Positions 9,379-19,476 of a stretch of DNA of 64,000 nucleotides are shown piece after piece; within the stretch, counting starts at the first letter, position 1, and each line of letters opens with the position of its first letter. The DNA is from an uncultured Chloroflexia bacterium (GTDB lineage Bacteria; Chloroflexota; Dehalococcoidia; DSTF01; JALHUB01), in the NCBI GenBank assembly GCA_963703345.1, contig OY969814.1, forward strand, positions 608,001-672,000. Direction: 5' to 3'. Below the pieces are notes generated by a model. That model saw nothing but the letters and a program-made list of their open reading frames with translations, was not told where the DNA came from and ran no database searches. The position numbers were made by a program, and so were the translations under genes.

Positions 9379-11361
9379 CTACACCGCGCCCAGACGCAGT
9401 CGCATCGCGTACGTTGGGTCGGCGCTACTCCGTGAATAGCGAAGGCTAAGCCCTGTCACCCGTCGTGACGCCGCGTTCAGCCCCGCCCGAGCGTCGGTTA
9501 CCGTCACAACGTCGTACAGCTCCTGGCCGCAATTCGCCGGTACAACGATCTCCTCCGCCCGCGACGCCATCGTCGCCTCGCGGAGCAACGCGTCGGAGCG
9601 ACTCTGGGCGTCTGCCGCTGTCGTCAAGTTCAGATCCTGCACCTGCAGCAGCCGGTCGTACGTCACGTCGACGCTCGGCCAGTCGAACGCATCGACCATC
9701 ACTCCGCGGCCGAATACCTGTACCCGGTTCACCTCGCGGTCCGGGACGCCGTAGCGACCGCTCAGGACGGCGTGACCCGTCCCATACGCGTAAGTCGAGG
9801 CATCTCCGGCCAGAGGGTTGAGGATGAGGGCGGTCTCGCCGGTCATTCGCACAACGTCCGGCACCATCCCGAGGAGGCGCCGTACACTGGTCAGACCGTC
9901 CTCGCCCGGGTGAATGGCGAAAGACGGCTTCAGCGAGGTCAGCGCCGGGCTCGAGCTGAGGCTGCCCGACTCCAGTCCCGCGCGAGCGAAGATGAAGCTC
10001 AGTATCTGGAAGACGTTACTGTCACCGGCGTTCCAGGCGTACTGACGGCGGGCGCGCCAGTGTCGCAGCAGCCACCAGCCGTCTCGCGCCAGCAGCGTGA
10101 AGGTTGACGCGCCGTCGCGGCAATCGTATTCCCAGCCCTCCAGCCAGTAACGCGGCCCGATGGAGACGCAAATCCCCTGGCTCGTCACGAAGCCGGGGCT
10201 CACGTCGACCTGTGCCGACAGGCCGACAACCGAGTTTGCGCCCGCCGTCAGGTCTGAGTAGCGGCCGTCGTCGTTCCGCAGAACGATGCGGACCAGCCCG
10301 TCGAACGGAGCGACGTCCTCGCGCAGCTCCAGCACGTCTTCGCTCACGTCGAGCGCCGCCGCGCTCAGAGGCGCGCGCCATACGCCCGCGGGCGACGAGA
10401 GCCACGCGTAGCTGGGGCTGTGCGTCATCGCCATGCCGTATTCCGCGGACGTGTCGAACGGCACCGGCTCGCGCCAGGCGTTCGCAGCGAAATCACCGAA
10501 AATGGAGACGTGAGTCCAGACGGGCCGGGCGTATGCCTGGCTGCCCGTGTACTTCTCGACGAAGAACAGGCGCAGCAGATCGGCGCGATGAAGGCACGGA
10601 GCGCGAAAGGTCACGTTCGAGCCGGCGTCGGCCCGCGTCAGCTCGGCTAGCGCCGACCATGTGTCCAGCGGCTGATTGAAGCCGTCGCCGTAGACAGCCG
10701 TCCAGACCTTGGCAGCGCCGTTCGAATCGGTTCCTGTGACGACGACGTCGAAATCCAAATCGTAATAGCAGGCCAGGCCCGTCACGCCGGCGACGCTGTT
10801 GCTCCAGGCCGTCGCCGCGCCCCACGAGCCGCCGCTACGCTTGACGCGGAAGACGACGCCGCCGACGGAGTAGAACACCAGCGCTGTGCCGTTGCTCTTC
10901 AGCTCGCCGGCCAGGGCGGTCACCGCGCCGGAGGCCGTCGCCACCGTCACGGCCGTCCCGAACGATTGCCCGTAGTCGCTGCTGGCCCTCACCTTGACCG
11001 TCACGCCGTCCGTGTCGACGTAGAAGAGCAGCACGCTCGCCCCGCTGCTCGCCAGGGCGATGGCCGCGTTCAAGGACACGCTCGCAAGCGCCGACCAGGA
11101 CGCGAAGTTCGAGCCCGGCCCCGGCGAAGCGACGCGCTGTATTAGCAACTGCGCCGTCGAAGGGTCCACTCGCGCACGGATGAGACTTCCATCGCCGGGC
11201 ATGGTGACGGCGTGAAAGTAGTCAGCCTCGGTGCCGCTATACAGCCGCTCCCAGCTCAGCCGCGCGACGCCGCCGATCTGCCCGCGGATCTGCACCTGCA
11301 CGTAGGGGACGGCGCTCGAGCTCTTCTGAGCGGCCAGCAGGGCACTGTCGAGGTTTCGCAT
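9379..11361 (-). CDS. Large tail/hub-like structural protein, 660 aa
   Basis: Beta-rich, Trp-containing N-terminal half; C-terminal half resembles baseplate hubs (VNRVQVFG, QELYDVVTVTD); position in the structural operon. Confidence 0.6.
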   Translation of the reverse strand: MRNLDSALLAAQKSSSAVPYVQVQIRGQIGGVARLSWERLYSGTEADYFHAVTMPGDGSLIRARVDPSTAQLLIQRVASPGPGSNFASWSALASVSLNAAIALASSGASVLLFYVDTDGVTVKVRASSDYGQSFGTAVTVATASGAVTALAGELKSNGTALVFYSVGGVVFRVKRSGGSWGAATAWSNSVAGVTGLACYYDLDFDVVVTGTDSNGAAKVWTAVYGDGFNQPLDTWSALAELTRADAGSNVTFRAPCLHRADLLRLFFVEKYTGSQAYARPVWTHVSIFGDFAANAWREPVPFDTSAEYGMAMTHSPSYAWLSSPAGVWRAPLSAAALDVSEDVLELREDVAPFDGLVRIVLRNDDGRYSDLTAGANSVVGLSAQVDVSPGFVTSQGICVSIGPRYWLEGWEYDCRDGASTFTLLARDGWWLLRHWRARRQYAWNAGDSNVFQILSFIFARAGLESGSLSSSPALTSLKPSFAIHPGEDGLTSVRRLLGMVPDVVRMTGETALILNPLAGDASTYAYGTGHAVLSGRYGVPDREVNRVQVFGRGVMVDAFDWPSVDVTYDRLLQVQDLNLTTAADAQSRSDALLREATMASRAEEIVVPANCGQELYDVVTVTDARAGLNAASRRVTGLSLRYSRSSADPTYAMRLRLGAV

Positions 11362-11372
11362 GATCGTTGGCG

Positions 11373-12008
11373 CTACTGCTGGAGGTTGTCCGCCTGGTTA
11401 ACGGCGGGCTCGGCGGGCGCGTACAGTCTTCGCACGCGAACGGCGCTGCGGTGCCCCTGCCTCGCAAGCGCCGTTGTGAAGGAAGCGAGTCGCTGCTCAC
11501 CCCAGACCAGGTAGTCGCGCCAGGTGTCCTTGCCGCCGGCGTTGACGCGGTTCGTTGCGTAGCTTGCCCACTCCACCGCCGCGTAGCCCGCCGCGCCCGT
11601 CGCCACCACGTCCTCCAGCGACGCCGGCAGCGTCGAGCCGTTTTCGTCCAGCGTATGAAGCTTGCCGTAGTAGAGGTTGACGCTCGTCGCCGACACCGGC
11701 GCCGAGTCGACGAGCAGCGTCAGCGTGTCGCCCCAGATGCTGAAGGGAACGTAGGCCGGCGGATACAGCGCCGTTGGATACTCGACCGCCTCCACGACGA
11801 GCCGGTCCGTCAGCGATGCCAGCGACAGGTCGCGGCTCCCGGCCGTCGTCGTCAGCGCCGCTTTCGCGTCCAGCGGCGATGCCAGACTCGCCTCTCGCAC
11901 CGCGCGGTCTACGTGACGATTCAACTCGTCGTCCGACCATCGGTAACTCGAGGCGTCCTGGTCGTGAAGGTCTCGTCGCAGAAGGCTTCTCATCGCGGAA
12001 AGGTTCAT
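11373..12008 (-). CDS. Head-tail adaptor-like protein
   Basis: MNLSAMRSLLRRDLHD...YRWSDDELNRHVDRAV helical adaptor pattern; downstream of the capsid gene. Confidence 0.6.
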   Translation of the reverse strand: MNLSAMRSLLRRDLHDQDASSYRWSDDELNRHVDRAVREASLASPLDAKAALTTTAGSRDLSLASLTDRLVVEAVEYPTALYPPAYVPFSIWGDTLTLLVDSAPVSATSVNLYYGKLHTLDENGSTLPASLEDVVATGAAGYAAVEWASYATNRVNAGGKDTWRDYLVWGEQRLASFTTALARQGHRSAVRVRRLYAPAEPAVNQADNLQQ

Positions 12009-12397
12009 TGCTTCTCACTCCCCTGAATCGATGCCGTCAGCGCCGTCGCCTGCGCCTGCCCGCGCGTGACGAGGCCGGCCAGTGCCCGGACCGCCGTTTC
12101 TATGTCCTGCAGCCCCAGGCTCCCCTCTTTACTCGCCAGCAGCGCCGCCAGATCGAGTTCTTCCTTCGTCATGCCCCACTGCGGGTCCGGCGAGTGGCGC
12201 GCCACAGCCTCGCTCACTGCCTGCTCGACGTCCGGCGTTAGCGTCTTCTCGTCGACATGCACCGTAAGCGTCATCTCACCCTCCGGCGACGGGCCGCAGG
12301 CGCTGAGCCCCTGCAGCCCCGCCATTCCCGGCAACCCTCGTATCTCCTTCGTGAGCTGGTCGAGGCGAATTGCTTTGCCGCTGATCTTGATTTCCAC
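12005..12397 (-). CDS. Hypothetical protein of the particle cluster
   Basis: 130-aa ORF, GGAG RBS, stop overlaps the start of the adaptor gene. Confidence 0.6.
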   Translation of the reverse strand: MEIKISGKAIRLDQLTKEIRGLPGMAGLQGLSACGPSPEGEMTLTVHVDEKTLTPDVEQAVSEAVARHSPDPQWGMTKEELDLAALLASKEGSLGLQDIETAVRALAGLVTRGQAQATALTASIQGSEKQ

Positions 12398-12422
12398 GCT
12401 AGACTCCTGTTCGACGTCGCCT

Positions 12423-12824
12423 TTAGCTCGGCGTGGCGTAGATGTTCAGCAGCAGGCTTGTCGCCGTCGCCGAGATCACTTTGAGGAACACCGTCGCTCC
12501 CCGAACCTCCGCCTCGAGGGCGGGCTTCGGATTCAGCGCCAGGTCCTGCTGACTAAAATCGTGGTCGGCGCCGCGGAAGTACTTGCCGGCGCCGCTGTTC
12601 CAGTTCAGGACCTGCACCTTGAGCGCCGTCAGGCCGCTGCTGCCGCTCGTGTCGATGTCGAAGCGGATCCGGCGGTAGCCCGTGCAGTTCACCCCCACGG
12701 ACGCCGACGCCGGGTCGCTGCTGTCGACAGCGGTCAAGGCCGGACGGTGCAGGACCGTCGGCGCCTCTTCGTATACCGGCCCCTTGGGCACTCCGCGTGT
12801 GTCGATGCGAACGTCGGCCATCAT
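12423..12824 (-). CDS. Beta-rich hypothetical protein (possible head decoration or spike base)
   Basis: 133-aa ORF with GGAGG RBS, first gene after the internal promoter; function inferred from position only. Confidence 0.55.
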   Translation of the reverse strand: MMADVRIDTRGVPKGPVYEEAPTVLHRPALTAVDSSDPASASVGVNCTGYRRIRFDIDTSGSSGLTALKVQVLNWNSGAGKYFRGADHDFSQQDLALNPKPALEAEVRGATVFLKVISATATSLLLNIYATPS

Positions 12825-12869
12825 TCCTCCCTGCTCTTTCGAAGGCCTCTCCCTTCGAAAGCGAGAGCA

Positions 12870-12898
12870 AGAATAGAATATGTGTGCTATCCCGTCAA
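12870..12898 (-). promoter_or_regulatory. Sigma-70-type promoter with LexA-like operator (neck/tail operon)
   Basis: Minus strand TTGACG-N17-TATTCT; box AGCAC-ACAT-ATTCT at 12875-12888. Confidence 0.7.
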
Positions 12899-12964
12899 CG
12901 CTGAAATGTCACCCTCGGCCGGCTTTGCGACCGTGCACGTCTTCCGCCGGCCTCCCCGACGCAG

Positions 12965-12997
12965 ATAAGAAAGCAGAGGGGAGTCTTCCCCTCTGCT
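12965..12997 (-). terminator. Intrinsic terminator after the major capsid gene
   Basis: 11-bp stem AGCAGAGGGGA/TCCCCTCTGCT, 4-nt loop, followed by TTCTTAT on the minus strand. Confidence 0.75.
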
Positions 12998-13025
12998 CCT
13001 TGCCAGGACGGCCTTGCTGTTGAGG

Positions 13026-13913
13026 CTACGTGCGCACTCCGATCAGCTTCGCAAGCTTCAGGGTGTTGAACAGCGCGAGCGATACGTACCACTTCACCCG
13101 CGTCCGCGTCGCGTCCTTCGTCTCCAGGCTGCCCACGCGCTCCACCTGCAGCCCGCCCGGCGACGTCAGCCCCGCGACCGCGCCTTCGCCCAATCGCAGC
13201 GCGTACACCGTCGAGCAGTCACCGCTGGTTCCCACCGTCTTCGCATCCGAGATGTAGTCGCAGATGCCGATGGGCATGCCGTCGTAGAACTGCGTCATCT
13301 GCCCGAAATCATTGCGGTCCGCTTCGAGGAACGTTCCCGACGTGCGCGCCAGGTTGTTCATCGTTCGCCGCGTTCGCTTGCTCATAAGCAGCATATCCGG
13401 CTTGCCGCCCTTGATCAGGTCGATCACCTCGTCCAGCTTCGCCAGCGCAAGCGTGGCTCCGTTCGTGCCCATCGTCGCGATCTGACCGGCGTCGCACACC
13501 TTGTCGATCCCGTCGAATGACTTCGTATCGACGCTCGAGTCGCCGTTGACGAAAGTGTCCTCGAACTTCTGCTGCACCGCCTTCGCCTTGAGGTGGACGA
13601 CAGCCGCCTCCAGGTCCTGCACGCTGCTGCGGGTGGCGAGCAAGAAGTTATCGATGTCTGCGTCGCCGCCGACGATCTTCAGCACCGCAGTGATCTGCGC
13701 GAACGTCGGCGTGCTCTCCGTCCAGGTGTCGCCCACGTCGTAGAACGCCGCCGTCGCCGCCGCGTTCTCGCGATTGTACGTGAGCCCGTTTCCGACGATC
13801 TCGATGAACGGCAGCGATTGCAAGATCGGGCTGTCCTTGACGATCGTCTCTATGACGCCCGTAAGCAGGACGTCGTTCGACAGTTTCGATGCTTCGACCA
13901 GAGTTAGCGCCAC
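13026..13913 (-). CDS. Major capsid protein (HK97 fold)
   Basis: MALTLVEASKLS...VIETIVKDSPILQSLPF...YNRE, GGDADIDNFL, FVNGDS...FDGI, RTRVKWYVSLAL; strong GGAGGAG RBS; follows the scaffold gene. Confidence 0.88.
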   Translation of the reverse strand: MALTLVEASKLSNDVLLTGVIETIVKDSPILQSLPFIEIVGNGLTYNRENAAATAAFYDVGDTWTESTPTFAQITAVLKIVGGDADIDNFLLATRSSVQDLEAAVVHLKAKAVQQKFEDTFVNGDSSVDTKSFDGIDKVCDAGQIATMGTNGATLALAKLDEVIDLIKGGKPDMLLMSKRTRRTMNNLARTSGTFLEADRNDFGQMTQFYDGMPIGICDYISDAKTVGTSGDCSTVYALRLGEGAVAGLTSPGGLQVERVGSLETKDATRTRVKWYVSLALFNTLKLAKLIGVRT

Positions 13914-13996
13914 TCTTCTTCTCCTCCTCTACTCGAATGGGGAGGAATCCCTCCCTAACGATATTATTAGCTGAACCGACTGTCCGCCCCCGCTTT

Positions 13997-14533
13997 CTAC
14001 GACCGCTTCTGGCTCAGACCGAGGCGGATCTTCTCGACCGGGCTGAGCGCAGAGTAGTCCGGCGCACCGCGCGGCGGCGACCCCGTCGGGACACGGCCCA
14101 CCTGCGCCTGCGATTCCAGCCGCTCCCGCACCTGCCGGACGGTCTGCCGAGCCCGCTCTGCCGCTTCCTCCACCTCCTCTATCGACTCGCCGGACACCAG
14201 CTCCTCCGGCAGTTCAGGGGCAGCCGCCAGGAGCGCCTCGCGGTACTTCCCGGCGGCTGCCTGGAGGCGGGCCTGAAGCGTCTGGTTCTCCTCTTGCTTT
14301 GCCGTCAGGTCTTCTTCGAAGGCGGCTAGCTGCGCGCTCGATTCGTCGAGCCGCTGCCGCGCCGACGCAAGCTCGCCCTCCGTGGCCTCGAGCTGGCCGC
14401 GCAAGCCCTGGTTCAGCTCGTCTAGATGCAGAGCGCGCGCTTCGCTGTCGGCGGCCGCCACCTGGAGCCGCTCGCTCTCCGCCCGGGCTTCCGCCAACTG
14501 CTCTTGCAAGAGCGCGACTTCCTCGTCTGACAT
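13997..14533 (-). CDS. Capsid scaffolding protein
   Basis: Acidic coiled coil, Pro-rich linker, C-terminal LSPVEKIRLGLS helix; directly upstream of the capsid gene; ATG at 14533 follows GGAGGG. Confidence 0.7.
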   Translation of the reverse strand: MSDEEVALLQEQLAEARAESERLQVAAADSEARALHLDELNQGLRGQLEATEGELASARQRLDESSAQLAAFEEDLTAKQEENQTLQARLQAAAGKYREALLAAAPELPEELVSGESIEEVEEAAERARQTVRQVRERLESQAQVGRVPTGSPPRGAPDYSALSPVEKIRLGLSQKRS

Positions 14534-14567
14534 CTCGTTGCCCTCCACTCAGCGTTCGACGGCGGCA

Positions 14568-14597
14568 AGGATAGAAGATATGTTCTAAGGCGGTCAA
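14568..14597 (-). promoter_or_regulatory. Sigma-70-type promoter with LexA-like operator (scaffold-capsid operon)
   Basis: Minus strand TTGACC-N18-TATCCT; box AGAAC-ATAT-CTTCT at 14573-14586. Confidence 0.7.
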
Positions 14598-14642
14598 CAG
14601 CTTCGTGTCACAGTCGAAAGGAAAGCCACTGATGCGCTATCA

Positions 14643-16007
14643 TTGACGCCAGCCATGCCCGTTCAAGAGGATCCGCCGACGGTCGACGACCACCCGTCGC
14701 CCGCGTCAGTGATGCGCCGCCGCCGCTTTCCTTCGCACCTTGTCGCGGCCGCGCTCATCCTCGTCGTCGCCCTCGTCGCGCGCAGCGTCTGGGTCGCCTA
14801 CGCGCCCTCGAACCCCATGGACGGCCGCATCTTCAACGACACCGTCTTCTACTACTACTCAGCGGCCAACTTCGAAAAACTCGGTGGTTACGTGCAGCCG
14901 TACACGGGTGCTGCCACCGCCTCCTGGCCGCCCGGCTACACCTTTCTCCTCCTCGGCCTGTTCAAGGTGTTGCATCCGCACGTGTCTATAGCCTGGGGCG
15001 CGAACATCGTCCTGGGCGCGCTGACCTGCGTGGCGGTCTACTATCTGGGGCGGCTCGTCGCGGACCGGCGGACAGGCCTCATTGCGGGGCTGGTGCTCGC
15101 CCTGTTTCCCGGCCACATCTTCTTCTCGTCGCTTGTGCTTTCGGAGGTGACGTTCACCTTCCTTGTCACCATCGCTCTGCTGCTGGCCGCGCTGGCGGCT
15201 CGACGGCTCGAAAAGCGCGCCGTGTGGCTTCTGCTCCTGCTGGGGGTGACGATCGGCGCGGCGGCGCTCGTGCGAGGCCAGGGCCTCTACCTTCTGCCCC
15301 TGGCCGCGCTCTTGTGGTGGCTCCAGGCCGGCGGCTGGCGGCGCGCCCTGCGCTGGACAGCGATTACAGCCCTCGCGGCGCTCGTCCTCGTTGTGCCCTG
15401 GACCGTACGCAACTATGTCGTGATGGGCCACTTCGTCCTCATCAGCACGAACGTCGGGGGCAACCTGTACGTCGGCAACTTCGACGGCGCGACCGGCCAC
15501 ATGGTCTTTGGGGCCGGCGAATGGGCGAGGACTCGCTATTCGGACCTGTCGCCGGAAGACCAGGAAGTGGCCGTTGGCAACGCGCTTCTGAAGGAAGGGC
15601 TCAAGTTCATGTTCACGCACCCGGTCCGCGAGGTGCAGCTGACGGCGTCGAAGATACGCGGGCTGTACGAGGACGACGAAGAAGGGTTGCGCGGCATCCC
15701 GAATCACCAGGCCGGCGAGACCATCCCCCACGCCGACCGCATCGCAGACGTGGCGAACGTCTACTACTTCGCCGTGCTGGCGCTCTCCGGAATCGGCCTG
15801 GCCTTGTGGCGACGCCGATGGCGGACCCTGCTCCTGCCGCTCCTCGCCGTGGCGGTGTTCACGCTGGGACAAATCCCGTTCTTCACCGACCCGCGCTTCC
15901 ACTATCCGATGCTCCCCGCGTTCGCCCTCCTCGCCGCCGCCGGCATCGTCGCGTCGATCGACGTCGCGAAACGCCTCCTCGGCGCCCGTGTCGCCGACGC
16001 TTCCTGA
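14643..16007 (+). CDS. GT-C membrane glycosyltransferase (ArnT/PMT_2, GT39-like)
   Basis: Polytopic; DTVFYY, WPPGY, LVLSEVTFTF, PWTVRNY, STNVGGNLYVGN, DPRFHYP. Confidence 0.85.
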   Translation: MTPAMPVQEDPPTVDDHPSPASVMRRRRFPSHLVAAALILVVALVARSVWVAYAPSNPMDGRIFNDTVFYYYSAANFEKLGGYVQPYTGAATASWPPGYTFLLLGLFKVLHPHVSIAWGANIVLGALTCVAVYYLGRLVADRRTGLIAGLVLALFPGHIFFSSLVLSEVTFTFLVTIALLLAALAARRLEKRAVWLLLLLGVTIGAAALVRGQGLYLLPLAALLWWLQAGGWRRALRWTAITALAALVLVVPWTVRNYVVMGHFVLISTNVGGNLYVGNFDGATGHMVFGAGEWARTRYSDLSPEDQEVAVGNALLKEGLKFMFTHPVREVQLTASKIRGLYEDDEEGLRGIPNHQAGETIPHADRIADVANVYYFAVLALSGIGLALWRRRWRTLLLPLLAVAVFTLGQIPFFTDPRFHYPMLPAFALLAAAGIVASIDVAKRLLGARVADAS

Positions 16008-16137
16008 TCCGACCCTGTCCGCCGCCCGCTTCGTCACCGGCCAGTCACCCGCCAAATCGCGGGGCATTATCACGATTCCCGCACATCGTCGCCGCGGTTT
16101 CTCATGGAGCGTGCATAAATAACGTGTAAAGTGATGG

Positions 16138-16728
16138 ATGGTGGTGGGAAAGGAGAAGGGAGAGATGTTGAGGAGAAGAGGAACAACAACAATCGAACAG
16201 AAGGCCCCCTCAGAGGGGACCGGAACTTCCCGTGGCGGGACGCTGCGGGAGGGACCTGGCGGGGATGAGCCCGGCCGATACAGTGGCGACGTCCGGCAAG
16301 AGTCGTCTGTTGCTGCGCCGCCCCGGGGCGACGGGCACGCTGTCCGCGAGGAAGAGCGGATGGCCGGCAGAGAAGCGATGATGGAACCGCGTCCGATGGG
16401 ACTCGGGCAGTACCTGGCGAACTGGTTTACCCTGCTCGTCGGTATCCCGCTGGTGGCGGCCGAGGCTGTGCTGGGCTTGAGGCTGTTCTTCAAGCTGGCG
16501 TCCGCGGACAACACCAACTGGATCGTCAAGTTCACCTACCACTTGAGTAGTGTGTTGATCAGGCCGTTCACCGACGTCATCACGAATCACGAGCTCGCCG
16601 GCGGCATCTTCGAGCCGGCGGTTGTGATCGCCATGGTGCTCTTCCTGATCGGCTCGGTTCTGGCGATTTGGGTAGTGCGGTCTCTGGCGACGCTGAAGTC
16701 ATTGGGTAGTGGACTGATCTGGCGGTAA
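16138..16728 (+). CDS. YggT-like membrane protein
   Basis: LGLRLFFKL...WIVKFTYHLSSVLIRPF...FEPAVVIAMV; start uncertain. Confidence 0.65.
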   Translation: MVVGKEKGEMLRRRGTTTIEQKAPSEGTGTSRGGTLREGPGGDEPGRYSGDVRQESSVAAPPRGDGHAVREEERMAGREAMMEPRPMGLGQYLANWFTLLVGIPLVAAEAVLGLRLFFKLASADNTNWIVKFTYHLSSVLIRPFTDVITNHELAGGIFEPAVVIAMVLFLIGSVLAIWVVRSLATLKSLGSGLIWR

Positions 16729-16914
16729 CAGCGCCGTCAGCGGCCGCGCCTGAAAGCGGATAGGAGAAGAAGATACCGCCTGCAGAACAAGAACGACGTC
16801 GATCTTCTTCCCTGAGCAGCGGTTGATGAAGCCGCTGCTCACCTTTATGCGCCGGTCCCGGCGTCGGGTGAGCGGCGGCTTCCGCTGGCCTGACGCGTCG
16901 TCGATAATGGGCGC

Positions 16915-17451
16915 ATGGCAATCGCCTTCGTCACGGCCGTGCGCGTCCTCGGCTCGCTGCCCGTGCTGCGATGGGCCTTCGTCGGCGCCATCATCGCCCT
17001 CCTCGCCGACGCCAGCGACGTCCTTCTCCTCAACCTGCTCGACATGTCGGCGATGGGCCACTACCAGCAGTTCGACAAGTGGGCCGACCAGGTCTACATG
17101 CTGACGTTCCTCATCGTCGCGCTGCGCTGGCAGGGGCTGACGCGCAACGTCGCCGTCGGGCTGTACGCCTATCGACTCGTCGGCGTCGTCGCCTTCGAGG
17201 TCACCGGCGTGCGCATCCTGCTGATGGTGTTCCCCAACCTGTTCGAGTTCTGGTTCATCTTCGTCGCCAGCCTGCCGCACTGGCGGCCGCGCTACAGCCT
17301 CTCGACGGCGGGCGCGCTCTCCGTGTTGCCGCTGCTGCTGGTGGCGAAGGAGGGACAGGAGTTCGTGCTGCACGGGGCACGCTGGCTGGACAGCTTCACC
17401 GCGCTCGACGCCCTGCACGCCATCTGGGGGTGGGTCAAGTACCCCTTCTAG
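16915..17451 (+). CDS. Hypothetical membrane protein
   Basis: Hydrophobic 178-aa ORF, host-like codon usage, YQQFDKWAD and FPNLFEFWF motifs. Confidence 0.7.
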   Translation: MAIAFVTAVRVLGSLPVLRWAFVGAIIALLADASDVLLLNLLDMSAMGHYQQFDKWADQVYMLTFLIVALRWQGLTRNVAVGLYAYRLVGVVAFEVTGVRILLMVFPNLFEFWFIFVASLPHWRPRYSLSTAGALSVLPLLLVAKEGQEFVLHGARWLDSFTALDALHAIWGWVKYPF

Positions 17452-17601
17452 CCGGGCGGTTGCCGTCTGATTGTATTTGTTTGGAAAAAAGCTGCGTTTT
17501 GCGAATCTGTTTGTGGCCGTTTGCGTGATTGACCGTCGTAGAGGCCGGCCAGCCGACCCAGACGGGCGGGGGGGCGAAACGGGTAAGGCCGGCAGCGCTG
17601 C

Positions 17602-17632
17602 TTGACGGAAGCCCCGTCAGCATATATGTTCT
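17602..17632 (+). promoter_or_regulatory. Candidate promoter with LexA-like box upstream of the RM genes
   Basis: TTGACG-N17-TATGTT; overlapping AGCAT-ATAT-GTTCT at 17619-17632. Confidence 0.45.
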
Positions 17633-17808
17633 CAGAAGCGGTATCGGATGGCAAGAGGAAGATGACACTTCAGCTTCGGGAGAGGAAGTCTCCCTTCATC
17701 CACGTCAACGACTCGACGCGGCCCGGTCTCGTCTGCCGTCTCGGGGCGCCCTGTTGCTACCCCGAGGGCAACCCTTGCCTAGCACCTGTTACTCCGCCTG
17801 TGGTATGA

Positions 17809-19476
17809 ATGCACCGTGGAGAGATGATCACCGAAGCGATACCGAGCCCGATGTCGGTCAACGTCCTGCGCCCTCTCCCAGTAATCGCTGAGAGCGAGGC
17901 TGACCTTATCCGGCTGGCGCTGTCGCTCGGGGCGGCGGATACGGGTGGCCCGCTTTCTGCGGCGGAAACGACGCTCATACAAAGCGCAGGACTCGAAAAG
18001 CGCAGCGTTCCCGAATCAATGGCGTCCCTCGCGCGCGACGCGATTCTAGCTGGAGAAGACCCTCTTGGAGACTGCTTCTGTCGTCTTCGCCCGCCAGCGA
18101 CGCGTCGGCAATTGGGAGCGGTGTTCACGCCAAAAGAGTTGATCGCTCCAATGCTGGACTGGGCGCTCCTTCTCAAGCCCCAGCGGCTGATTGATGCCGG
18201 CGCGGGAAGCGGTCGTTTCGCTGGTGCGGCGGCCCGCGCCGACTCACGGCTCGCGATAGTCGCCGTTGACGTTGACCCTCTCGCCTGCGTTCTTACCCGC
18301 GCGACTCTTGCTGCGGTGGGGCACCGTAGGAGCCGCGTCATCAACGAAGACTACACTCGTTGTGCGCTACCCCCCTCCGAAGGCATGACCGCATTCGTTG
18401 GTAATCCGCCGTACGTGCGGCATCATGATCTGACTCCGGCGCTCAAGGCATGGGCGCAGAGTGCAGCGCGACAGATTGGGCGTAGCATGTCTGGCCTCGC
18501 TGGATTGCACGCGTACTTCTTTCTCGCCACAGCTTTGAAAGGGCAGACGGGAGACATTGGTTGCTTCGTCACAAGTTCTGAATGGCTTGACGTCAACTAC
18601 GGGAGCGTTATACGGGAGCTTCTGCTGAATGATCTTGGCGGCATATCCATTCATGTATTGGAGCCGACTGCCCTGCCTTTCGAGAAGACAGCGACAACAG
18701 CCGCGATCACGTGTTTTCGAATAGGCAACCGGCCTGGAACCGTCAGGTTGCGCCAACTAAAAACAGTGGATGAACTGAAAACACTATCGGACGGAGAACC
18801 GATAGCGCGCCAGCGGCTAGAAGAGGCTAAGCGCTGGACACCTCTGATAAGAGCAAGGCGGGAATTGCCTGAGGGCCACGTGGAGCTTGGCGAGTTGTGT
18901 CGAGTTCACAGAGGCGCCGTCACAGGCGCGAATTCCACTTGGATTACGCAGGCTGCCAAGACTGACCTGCCTACGGAAGTTCTGTTCCGTTCCGTGACAA
19001 AAGCCCGTGAGCTATTTGACGCGGGCTTTGCCATGACGGAACTCGACCATCTTCGTTGCGTAATAGATCTCCCAGAAGATCTAGACGCACTGGATCCTGA
19101 AGATCGCCGACTCGTCGAACGATTCCTTCAGCAGGCGAAACGGCTCGGAGCCGCCGACGGATACGTGGCTCGCTACCGTCGGAGATGGTGGTCAGTGGGC
19201 CTCAGGGAGCCGGCTCCGATACTTACGACATATATGGCTAGACGCCCACCTGCATTTGTTCGAAATCCGGCGGGAGCGCGGCACATAAATATCGCTCACG
19301 GCATTTATCCGCGTGAATCGCTGCCCGAGCGTGCCTTGGATCGCATCGCTGCCGCACTCCGCAATCTAGTTTCCGTTCAGGATGGACGGACGTATGCCGG
19401 AGGACTGACGAAGTTCGAACCTAAAGAGGTCGAACGTTTGCCTATACCCGGCTTGCCCGTTCTTCTGGCGCCATGA
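17809..19476 (+). CDS. N6-adenine DNA methyltransferase (gamma class)
   Basis: Motif I IDAGAGSGRF precedes motif IV GNPPYVRH; C-terminal GRTYAGGLTKFEPKE. Confidence 0.9.
   Translation: MHRGEMITEAIPSPMSVNVLRPLPVIAESEADLIRLALSLGAADTGGPLSAAETTLIQSAGLEKRSVPESMASLARDAILAGEDPLGDCFCRLRPPATRRQLGAVFTPKELIAPMLDWALLLKPQRLIDAGAGSGRFAGAAARADSRLAIVAVDVDPLACVLTRATLAAVGHRRSRVINEDYTRCALPPSEGMTAFVGNPPYVRHHDLTPALKAWAQSAARQIGRSMSGLAGLHAYFFLATALKGQTGDIGCFVTSSEWLDVNYGSVIRELLLNDLGGISIHVLEPTALPFEKTATTAAITCFRIGNRPGTVRLRQLKTVDELKTLSDGEPIARQRLEEAKRWTPLIRARRELPEGHVELGELCRVHRGAVTGANSTWITQAAKTDLPTEVLFRSVTKARELFDAGFAMTELDHLRCVIDLPEDLDALDPEDRRLVERFLQQAKRLGAADGYVARYRRRWWSVGLREPAPILTTYMARRPPAFVRNPAGARHINIAHGIYPRESLPERALDRIAAALRNLVSVQDGRTYAGGLTKFEPKEVERLPIPGLPVLLAP

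Noticed and set aside
13026-13913. Encapsulin shell gene
   Set aside because: Associated with scaffold, portal, terminase and adaptor genes, and no cargo enzyme is adjacent
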